DNA from: Octopus sinensis
Taxonomy: Eukaryota
Direction of reading: 5' to 3'
Assembly (NCBI RefSeq): GCF_006345805.1
Contig: NC_042998.1
Coordinates: 101,432,001 to 101,496,000 of the forward strand
Length of the DNA: 64,000 nucleotides
The notes beneath the pieces are model-generated. The model had not been told where the DNA came from and did not search any database. It worked only from the letters and a program-made list of their open reading frames with translations. Positions 1 through 9,994 of the stretch are shown in pieces; positions within the stretch are counted from its first letter, which is position 1; each line of letters begins with the position of its first letter. Position numbers and translations under genes: made by a program.

Positions 1-76
1 CATATATACAAACATGCACACACACATACATACACACATACACACACGCATACACACACACACACACACACACACA
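1..76. repeat. (CA)n/(CATA)n microsatellite; representative of dozens of (CA)n, (TA)n, (TATG)n and (CTAT)n tracts across the window
   Basis: Seen directly. Other large tracts lie at ~1370-1570, 3525-3590, 15315-16010, 19123-19218, 19990-20190, 20612-20790, 23640-23770, 39917-39980, 43230-43308, 47880-47944, 53480-53543 and 62980-63042. Confidence 0.98.
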
Positions 77-94
77 AGAGGGGCGGACAAAATA

Positions 95-290
95 TCTAGC
101 GGCACTTCTTCCTGTTTTACATTGTAAATTCAAATTCCGCCGAGGTCGACTTTATCTTTGATCCTTTCGGAGCCAATAAAATAAGAACCAGTCAAACACC
201 GAGTTCGATGAATTCGTAGCACCACACCCTCCCCAAAAAATTTCATACCTTGTGTTTATAGTAAAAATGATTATTACTATATATATATAT
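95..290 (+). mobile_element. tRNA-derived SINE, family A, degenerate copy
   Basis: B-box-like AAATTCAAATTCCGCCGAGGTCGACTTT..ATCCTTTCGG body, shared with the copies at 472-678 and 56174-56406. Confidence 0.65.
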
Positions 291-471
291 TTACATATAT
301 GTATGTGTATTCTTATATCTTTGTGTATGTAATATCTTCCTTGTACCACAGTTTAACACTGTCCGGAGATGATGAATACTGATTTACTAACCAAAAACGA
401 TATTATCTTTGTATCTAAACTTTGCCAAGTCTTTAAAAAAAGTTGAATAGGAACTTCAATATCCTTTTCTA

Positions 472-678
472 CTGTAGGTACAAGGTCCGAATGTTTGGGG
501 GAGGGGGCCAGTCGATTAGATCGACCCCCAGTACGCAACTGGTACTAAATTTATCGACCCCGAAAGGATGAAAGGCAAAGTCGATCTCGGCAGAATTTGA
601 ACTCAGAACGTAAAGACAGCCGAAATATCGCTAAGCATTTCGCCCGACGTGCTAACGTTTCTGCCCGCTTGCCGCCTT
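472..678 (-). mobile_element. tRNA-derived SINE, family A (GGCGGCGAGCTGGCAG-type head; Octopus-type SINE)
   Basis: Reverse complement matches the 56174-56406 copy along its length: A-box-like head, GAGTTCAAATT B box, GAGGTCGACTTTGCCTTTCATCCTTTCGGGGTCGATAAAT body. Confidence 0.85.
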
Positions 679-1389
679 ATAGGAACTTCAATATCAGAAT
701 GAGACAGATCGCACTACTGGGAAAAAAAATCACTATGACAAAAATCAAACAAACAAAAAAAAAACATATAAACAAACAAACAAAAAAACAGATGCTTCAT
801 ATGTTGGCTTTTCGGATGACAAGCAGAATAATACCTGCTTTAATTACATGTCAAGGTAGTATATACTGGAAAACTGGAAGGCAACTTGGACACTGAATGT
901 GACAATGTTTCAAGCAGTAATATGAAACTCGACGATGAAAGGGGATACCACGGGAGACGTCATTTACTACTTACTGCGTTAGGGGTAGGTAAAAGGAGAT
1001 ATTAGATGGAAGCGATTAAAGTGGAAATACGTGATATGAATGAAATCCAAAGTAGATTCCATCGAAGTTTAGAATCAGTAGGCGAAGACGGAAATAAGAA
1101 CTGAAGGTAATTTATCCCCTAATGATACGGTTAATTATGTTCTTATTCCACGAGTTAATCACGATATATAAAATACGTTATTTCTTGCTCTTATTCTATA
1201 TTTCTGTGAACAGTGTCGGACTAATCATAAGTTTCAATGTATTTGCGTTGGCGAAACTGACAAAGTAGACTCTAGGTAAATCAGGTAGTGACATATCACA
1301 GAAGAGACAACTCAGAATCCCTCGTATACATATACATGCATAGATATACACATAGATACATAGATATATACACACATGCACACACACAT

Positions 1390-1428
<39 letters not shown>

Positions 1429-1499
1429 CACGCACACATATATACGTGCATCAATGCATGCATATACACACACGCATGCACACAAACACACACACACAC

Positions 1500-1533
<34 letters not shown>

Positions 1534-1589
1534 CATACACGCACATACATATACAGACATATATTATATATATATCTTTCAAATGTCTT

Positions 1590-1930
1590 TTATTCTCCGG
1601 GCCGATCAAAGCCTTGTGGGGTGATTTGGGTTGAGAGAAGCTGAAGGAAACCCGTCTTATGTGTGTGTATATATAAATGTGTATGTGTGTGTGCGTGTGT
1701 ATACGTGTGCGTGTGTCTGTGTTTGTTTGAGTTTTGTTCTTCCTCATCACCATCTGACAATCGGTGTTACTTTGTTTACGTTCCCTTAACCTGGCTGTTC
1801 GGCAAGAGAATCGATAGAGTACGTGCCAAACTTTAAGAAATAAGAACTGGTGTTGATCTTGCTTACTAAAATGTTTAAGACGATACTCCAGCATGGCCGC
1901 AGTATAATGACAGAAACAAATAAAAGATAA
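1590..1930 (+). mobile_element. SINE family B (CORE-type), 5'-truncated
   Basis: GGGCCGATCAAAGCCTTGTG, internal (TG)n and the 3' end CTCCAGCATGGCCGCAGT..GAAACAAATAAAAGATAAAA match the reverse complement of the 38710-39092 copy. Confidence 0.75.
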
Positions 1931-3118
1931 AATACACTTATCAGAACATACAATTTTATGAATATTTAAAAGAGAATTGAATGCGTTAAATGTCAAAATA
2001 GTTCGCTCCCAGCGAGAAGTCGACGAAACATTAATCAAAGTTTGAAATTGTTCCTAAACATGCGTGTATTCTGTCCAGTGATAAAATAAACAAGAAAAAA
2101 AGGGGGATTATAAAAGCTACAAAATGCGAAATTTGGATGATTTAATTGTTTGCAGTAAAAGGTTAAACACTATCATTTAATGAGTGGAAGCCCATTGGAT
2201 AAAATGTAATTCATAGTATGTACAAGAAACAATATATTCGGAGAGACGGAGAGAGATAAATTACGCTAACTGTCTCCAAAATACAATGATCGTTAAGTAA
2301 AATTAAGTGGTGGCTAAAAATACTAAATAATTAAACAATAATAGTGACTAAGACGTTGGGCAGAAATGAGGTATAAATAGGAGTGAAAATTTTTATTAGA
2401 GCAATTTAAAATGTCAAGCAATCAAAGATTTAGTAGTAAAGAATAAGAAGAAAGATTTTCTATGCAATTTGAGAAGGTAAATAGAAATGTATAAGAGCGA
2501 ATAACTCAGTAAAATACTTGGTAACTAGTTGTGGCTAAGTTAGAGAGTTAACACACACACATACACACACACAGAGTCCTACCTGCGTGCACATTTAAAT
2601 ATACGATTGCTACGGATTAGTTTAGAGTTCCACATATAATATCATGGTCCTGGTTACTTTTAGGAGAGTGGTGTGTAAATTACTGTATTTCTATATAATT
2701 ACATGTTTTTGGTATGTAGAGCAAATATTGGAGAAAGTTTCATAAACACAAGATGCAGTTTATATCATTTTTCCTACACACGTTTCGTCATTGTGGTATT
2801 TTGCATCCTTTGCTGTGGTTGTTCATAAAGCAATTAAACGTAGATCCACGACGTTCCTTTAAGGGAGTAATTCCTTACATATTGTGTTGGTACAGATCAA
2901 ATGCACACACACGCGTACGCACACACACACACATACGCACGCACGCACAAACACACAACTACACATATTTGCTTTGTTGGTATACACTGCATTAACGAGT
3001 TAAAGTTTATAACAATTAAATGGATTGTTATATATATATATGATAATTCACGAAAGGTGATCATGTAAAGAATTATTTAAAGTACAAGTGACGGAAATTT
3101 AAAGTATCATTTTCATTT

Positions 3119-3169
3119 TCATTTTATCTAGTTTCAGCTCACGAGTTGTGGCCATGCTGGGGCACCGCC
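3119..3169 (-). mobile_element. SINE family B 3' tail fragment
   Basis: TTTCAGCTCACGAGTTGTGGCCATGCTGGGGCACCGCC resembles the tails at 9931-9994 and 38710-38760. Confidence 0.5.
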
Positions 3170-3521
3170 ATCTCACTGAAAGCAAAATTCGAATGTTTAA
3201 TGTTTTACACATCAAAATATAGAGAATAAAGAGAAATAGCTGGAAAGACATTGTGGTGTTGCTGGAAGATATGTGTATCTACGTGAATACACACACTCAC
3301 ACAAAACAACATTATGTATGTATGTCATTATTCAGTTTTATTTCAAGATTTTTTTGCCAATAAAGAGCCGGTTTCTAATTTAGATCCACGGCTCCTTCAT
3401 TGGAATTTCAACATCAACAACAATGTATTTTTTTTTGTGTGTATGCTTATGTCCAAATTTATATGTTTCGTTTTATGCATATATTCTTATGCGTATAGCT
3501 GCATATCTAGACATGCTCATA

Positions 3522-3557
<36 letters not shown>

Positions 3558-5744
3558 TGTAGTATGTATGTATGTATGTATGTATGTATGCCTCTTCTGT
3601 TTTTAATCGTTAATTTTTTCTTCTGAAGAAGGAACAGGTTTCTAACAAAGATACAAAGCTCCATCCTTCGAATGTAGGCAACGAGAACAATGTCATGTTT
3701 TAAACTTAAGAAAATTCTTGCATAATTTTACTGTTCTACTCACAGATTGTATTTGTACAGTGCGAATCAGTTGGTTGATTTCTTTTGCAGTAAATCCAAG
3801 CTTTTCCAGACTGACATTTAGGCATTTGCTTACAAAACCAACTGCTCCAATTATCATATATATATATGTATATATATATGTTCAGAGAGAAGGAGAGAGA
3901 GATGGGGAGAGAGAAGGAGAAAAAGTGAGAGGTAGAGATATATGTATATAAATACATACACACACAATCACATAAACATTTGCAGATGTCGACCCGCAAC
4001 CGACACTGACTAGATTGTTTTTAAGTAACAGACTAACAGACTAAGGACGATTCATTGGATGCGTGATATTTTGGTTTCTTGTCTCTTTCACTAACAAGGT
4101 ATACAAATATATATATTTTTTCTCGTAACAGGTGTATTTTTCTGTTCATTATTGCTATAAGAGTGTTTATGATGTCATTTCTCCCAGTAATGAGTAAGAA
4201 CTCACTATATACTTTAATCACCATGGTTTATTTTAAATTTCCAGTTTTGAATTTAATCAGTATTTCTAAGTAGGAGCAACCCGTCGCTTCTTGCATGTCA
4301 ATAAGTGATCTCAAGCAAATGTGATGTACTCTGCTGCAATATTTGACAGATAATAATTTCATATTTGATATATTACTGGAACTTGAATGGATTCCTGGTA
4401 TTCAGTGGCTTTTGTACGTTAGTAAGCTAATCTTCTCTTACTTTAGTAACTTTTCTAATTTCATCAACACCGAATGCATTGTTTTCAATAATTTAATGCT
4501 GTCAAAATGATATGTAGTTACTCCTCTACAAATATCGACAAATTTCCCGAAAGTTACGACATTAGTAAAATTAAGTGACTTACAAATTTGTCAAGAAAGA
4601 GAAAATCGAATTTAGCGTTTTAAAATACCGTTTCTGTGTCTGTAACCATTAGTTCCCCAGTACTCTTGTCGACCTTCTGAATTCTCTCTATTTAGTTAAT
4701 ATATAGAAAAAGCCTCGGAAAACTAAAGTTGGACAGTATATGCTATTTGAATTGTTGGCAATAATTTGGCCTAAGTAGAGTATAGCTGTTCTGAAGACAG
4801 GTTACATTTATATTAACATTAAATTTATAGCGAAATCTCCAACACAATAGAGAACATGTTAGAGAAAGCAGCAGTATGCCTTTTCTCTAATAATTTGAAC
4901 AGAATATTTTGCCTGCGATTTAAAGTAATGTTCTCATGATTCAAATTCCATATATAAGTCGAGATGCTTTACTTAAAATTCATCTGAGTAGATTTCTTTT
5001 ATTTTAAAACTGATTTTACTCACCTGGATCTTTATCGATCCTTGAAAAATGTCAGAAAGGATTCTTGTTCTCATAAAGCGATTATAAATATCACTGAGTT
5101 ACAGTGACATTTTATTTTTAGCTCAGGATTAACAAAATTCCTATATCAAGAGTCGAATCCACCTCATCATGAATTTCCATTTCAATTATTTATCATTCAC
5201 TTTTAAATGCTAACAAAATCTTTAACTTGAGTTACTTGAAGAGGTTGAGAAATAAACACTATTCATTTTAAATGACTATGGTTTAGAGATATGATAACAT
5301 AACAAATTTCTGTTTGCCACTAAAATTTATTAGCCTGTCTTACAAAAATAAATAAAAGCGAACGTTTTATTCGTTCCATTCTGCAATGTTTGAAGGTTTA
5401 TAAAGACTAAATCTATCGTATTTTATTTATTGTCGATAGACACTACTGGAATGTTTGACAATTTGATAACCTATTTCGACTTGTGGCGGATAATTATTTA
5501 ATGTTGTTGCATTGATAATTAACATTGTATATTTATACCCCATATCATACATCTGAATTATGAATTTGCTTGTCTGAATGTTTAAGACGAATATCAGGAA
5601 TTTTTATCGTATACTAAATTTTATTTAAATTTAGCTCATATACGCGCGAAAAAATACAGTTGTACTATATACTGGAGCTTTATATCCATTAAAATTCTCG
5701 TATTCTACATTTGCTCATACTGAACACTTAATATAGTAATAACT

Positions 5745-7085
5745 ATGGAGAAAAAACTTTTGGATTTGTCAACAAAGAACATTCCAATACCACTTAGACA
5801 TCTATATAAAGAAATCCTGTTGCAAAAACTAGTGAATATATAAGAAGATTAAGAAGGAGAGTATTCCATTACGAAACAGCAATATCATCGATGTAAGTAA
5901 TTATTCTTCCAATGAACTGACCTTGAAATCCCTTAGAAACCCTCCAACTCATCCGGACTTATTGAACTTCGAAAACGATCTTACACGCATCGCACAGAAA
6001 TTAAGATTTCAGAAAATCACAAGTCCGCTCAACAATAAAATCTCCAAAGTTATCAAGGATATAAAGAACTCTCCGAACTTGCTTGTGTTATCTGATAAAA
6101 CTAGAAATATCTACTCAATTCCAATCGAGGAATATTATAATCTTTTACTGAAAGAATTGAGCTCTAAGTATTGATTAACAACGAATAACGCTCTTAATGA
6201 AATTAATACAAATTAATTAGGATCATTAGGGATTTTAAACTTACTCGATAAAACTGAACCATGCACTCCTAAAACGCCTCATTTTACTTTAAAAGATCAT
6301 GAACCGGATTTTGAAAGCAAACCTATATTAGAGTAACCTGTCTCACGAAATTCCACTTGAGTAGAATTATTAAAGCTATAAGTGATAAAATTCTCCCGCA
6401 CATTAGAAGTTTTAATGATAATTATTACCAACCAATAACTCCAGATCTTTTGGATAAGGCAATAACCTTCGGTGAAAAATTTAAAGAAATATCCCCTTTG
6501 GAAAAGGATATCATTTCAAATGCTAGGAGAGCCCTAATTGTATTTAATAAGGAGTGGACTCGAAGTGATACTCAGAATAACTTCGATATAACTATGGGGT
6601 CAGCGGTTTCGGCCATGATTACTGATTTGATGGGTCACTTTCTACTTTCTGAAAAAAGAAAAAGTTTTCCCGCTATTAAGGGAGGCCTTTATAGAGATGA
6701 CGACTTATTTGCGATCCCTAATACATCACTATGTATTAGAGATAAAACTAGAAACGCTTTATTCAAACTTTTTAAGAAAAAAATTTAAATATAACCACCG
6801 ATAATACTACTAAAACAGCTAATTTCCTGGATGTTACCTTCAGTTGAAACAAAGGCCAGTATTCTCCATACCATAAACTGAGTCTTAAAGTCTAACATTG
6901 AGTATAATTTAAGGTGGTCGATAATTACCGAATCAACACCATATAACACACATACTAAATCTTGTAGGCTTTCCATAAACGAATCGAGTAGCATGCTATA
7001 CGCTAGTAATGGAAATAAAAACATGTTAAATAAAATTACACACGTTTGTAAGTATAAATATTTAGCAACTTTTAAATCTTTCAAA
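5745..7085 (+). pseudogene. Disrupted PLE RT-(GIY-YIG) ORF of PLE1
   Basis: Starts MEKKLLDLSTKNIPIP. ORF pieces at 5923-6174 and 6357-6788 with stops and frameshifts. After NFLDVTFS*NKGQYSPYHK the sequence jumps to the endonuclease C-terminus (YNLRWSIITESTPYNTHTKSCRL..LNK), so the GIY-YIG motif itself is deleted. Confidence 0.85.
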
Positions 7086-7424
7086 ATCTAAAATTTAAAA
7101 CATTTTGAACTTTAAATTTAAAAAAATTAATGCGACCTGGATTAAATCCAACGAATACTTATATATAAATCTTTAATCTTAATTTCTCTGTTATACTAGT
7201 ATGGATCAAAATATATATCAATACAAAATGGAATATTCCAATAGGCTATTATTTACACGATTAACTAAAAGCTCTCATGTCCACCCTTTTAATTTCTTAT
7301 TCAATCCTTGTAAAGATTATATTCTTATATTTTGGTCTGTCCGATTTTATTTTGTGATTTTTATTTTTATTTAGTCACTTACTAAAAACCGAAATTTCAC
7401 CTTGCTGGATTTTACCTCCAGAAA

Positions 7425-7516
7425 GAACCCTGAAGAAGGAAATGTTTTTATACAGTGAGCTGAATTTGGACTATTTCCTACAAACCCTAAAAAGTTTCTG
7501 AAACGGCCGTAGGTTT
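7425..7516 (+). ncRNA. Type I hammerhead ribozyme motif in the PLE1 3' UTR
   Basis: Stem I GAACC/GGTTT; CTGAAGA at 7430-7436; long stem II with AGGAA..TTTCT base; GAAAC at 7500-7504; palindromic loop GGCC; GTA triplet at 7509-7511. Confidence 0.8.
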
Positions 7517-8488
7517 GGACTGATCCTTTCAATTACATCCGCTATTATATTTTCTACTTTCATGGTACCCCTTATATATGTTTATTTTTTAAAATATTTT
7601 TTATATGTTTATATTCTTATATTTTTATATTGTTAGCATCTAACTCTTAATATAAATATGTGTTTATTTGAATGGAATAATATCTCATGTCATACATCTG
7701 AATTATGAATTTGCTTGTCTCAATGTTTAAGACAAATATCTGAAATTTTTATCGTATACCAAATTATATATATATTTATATATAAGAGTTACGGAATGGA
7801 GTAGATAAAATCCGGGCTACATATGTGGGTCATAGTGAGCGGGAGCTCAGCAGTGTTAAATATCCAAGCGAGGAGTTTATCGCAGGCTACTCTTCAGGCC
7901 AAGGATATCTTGATAAAATGAAAGTTTACATTGTCACAAGGAGGTACATTTTATCGCATGGAAGATTCAATCAGAATGTGTAGAGAACACAGTAGGAGAG
8001 TAGAATATAAATGTAGAGAGAAATAAGTATTATGAGAAGGAAAAATAAGAAGAAATATGGATGTGAGAGGAATGAGGAATTTAAGCAATATCAATAGACC
8101 GGTGGTTGTTTTGGCGGAACCACAGAAATTAGCAAGGAGAGTGGTATTAGTAAAAAGTAATACCGAGGGAAGAATCGCGGCGGCTACTACCGGTTTTCAG
8201 TAGAGGAATGTATATTGTGTGCGGTGAGCGTGTTTACGGTGTAAAGTAGCAGAGGTGTATGTTGGCGTATGTACTTGAACGTCTACGAAGATGATATAGG
8301 GGAGAAATAGGCAGGTGAAATATGGGACAAAGAAAAAGTTTTTAAAAGTAAGGAAAAATTCAGAAAGAAGTATGTAAATGAGAGTAAGGAATTAAAGGAA
8401 GATATATTGTTGGTTAATATGTAGCGGTAGTGATGGTATGTAAGAGGGAAACTTGATGAAGGTTAGGAGGAAACACGGGTTGAGGTTG

Positions 8489-8908
8489 TTATTTGTATTT
8501 TGAGCATAAATTTAGTGATCGATGTTTGTAGGTAAAAATTATATTGCTGCGTTCATTAAGACAGTCATTGGATTGCAAAATAGCTATGACCTCGCCTATG
8601 CATAGATCACATTTGTTATTATAGCTGCTGTGTGGCTTTACGTGGCTGAATATAGACCACTTGAGAGTGTAAGGAGTTGTATCAAAATTTAGCTTATTGA
8701 TAATCTGAGATAACGATGTACTGTTGGATTTTGTTTGGGAATTGACACTGGAGTTGTGGTTGCTCACCCTAGCTTTGAAGGTGGTACTACATGAGCCGAT
8801 ATATATGTAGTTACAGTCGGCAGTTGATACTGTAATCTTATAAACGATGCTTTTTGTAAGACAGCTGTTATCTAAATGACAGGAGTTTGAGTGTCTGCAG
8901 GTGCACAT
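8489..8908 (-). pseudogene. GIY-YIG endonuclease domain of PLE2
   Basis: CTCRHSNSCHLDNSCLTKSIVYK..YIYIGSCSTTFKARVSNH..NSTSLS..KWSI..CDLC..LNERS fits the PLE endonuclease pattern. It is detached from the RT by insertions and frameshifts. Confidence 0.85.
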
Positions 8909-9005
8909 GTTTGTAGGGGGTGTTCCGGATGAACTTGTGAGGGGATTGCTATTTAGTGAGAAACCGGTGTTAGGTTTGTTATTATTGGTGGCGTTAAGGT
9001 TAGTA

Positions 9006-9170
9006 GTTATGTCATTTACATTATTTACATTTTACGGAAATTTTCCCTCATCTTGTTTGTTGTTAACACAACGTTTAGGCTGATATACCCTCCAGCCTTC
9101 ATCAGGTGTCTTGGGGAAATTTCGAACCTGGGTTCTCATTCCTAAGGTATTTTTCGCTGTTTATTATTAC

Positions 9171-9252
<82 letters not shown>

Positions 9253-9342
9253 TCACTGCTTGGAATTGAACTCGGAATCTTGAGGTTAGTAACCCGTGCT
9301 CTTAACTCCAAGATTCTGAGTTCGATTCCAAGCAGTGACCTC

Positions 9343-9420
<78 letters not shown>

Positions 9421-9442
9421 AACAACAACACCAATAATAATA

Positions 9443-9475
<33 letters not shown>

Positions 9476-9684
9476 ACAACAACAACAACAATAATAATAA
9501 CCAACGAAAAATACCATAGGAATGAGAACCCAGGTTCGAAATTTCCCCAAGACAACTGATGAAGGCTGGAGGGTATATCAGCCTAAACGTTGTGTTAGCA
9601 ACAATCAAGATGAGGACAAATATCCGTGAAATGTAAATAATGTAACTAATGTACATAATTCCTCATCTCTTAAATATAGAACTT
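9006..9684. mobile_element. Head-to-head inverted pair of a tRNA-headed, microsatellite-containing, HHR-bearing SINE-like element, flanked by an 8-bp direct repeat GGTTAGTA
   Basis: The left arm (~9010-9290) is the reverse complement of the right arm (~9308-9650). Central tRNA-like GTTAAGAGCACGGGTTACTAACC..GAGTTCAATTCC. CTGATGA cores at 9099-9105 (-) and 9556-9562 (+). GGTTAGTA at 8998-9005 and 9685-9692. Confidence 0.85.
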
Positions 9685-9930
9685 GGTTAGTATTTGTTAA
9701 GCAGTTGAGGATGGTTATGTGGGGTTGTATAATATGATAAATATTGTGCCCGGTTGTATCTTCTGTGTCGGTCTCTAGTTTTACAAGTGGTATAGTTGGG
9801 CTTTGTGGTAAATTTAAGGATCGGGTGTTAGTAGCGGAATTATACTTGGAGTTATGAGGGTTAGTGTTGTTAAGGTGGTGATGGTGGAGGAATTGGTATT
9901 TTGGGTTTATATGTATGGAGCTGGGGGCTA

Positions 9931-9994
9931 TACTCTTTTACTCTTTTACTTGTTTCAGTCATTTGACTGCGGTCATGCTGGAGCACCGCCTTTA
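9931..9994 (-). mobile_element. SINE family B 3' tail, severely 5'-truncated, with a 6-bp TSD GGGCTA
   Basis: TACTCTTTTACTCTTTTACTTGTTTCAGTCATTTGACTGCGGTCATGCTGGAGCACCGCC; GGGCTA at 9925-9930 and 9995-10000. Confidence 0.8.

Larger units (their letters stand above)
5545..7765 (+). mobile_element. Penelope-like element PLE1 (YRDD-type RT), decayed and internally deleted, with 76-bp terminal redundancy
   Basis: Direct repeats at 5545-5620 and 7690-7765. PLE RT motifs in ORF fragments: SDKTRNIY, LKDHEPDF, FDITMGS, GLYRDD, NFLDVT. HHR in the 3' UTR. The 3' end abuts a TA tract. Confidence 0.9.

Noticed and set aside
1196-1644. Many 60-195 aa ORFs rich in YI/HT/CV/LSIY repeats (also near 15.2-16, 19.5-20.9, 35.5-35.9, 43.2-44.8 and 59.8-60.3 kb)
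   Set aside because: They are translations of microsatellites, which lack stop codons in some frames; no protein signal.
3615-3680. CTGAAGA-AGGA..TCCT-TCGAA motif
   Set aside because: The GAAA and stem III parts are not intact; at best a decayed remnant.
9006-9684. Possible CRISPR-like or satellite array
   Set aside because: No repeat-spacer periodicity; it is an inverted SINE pair with microsatellites in a eukaryotic context.
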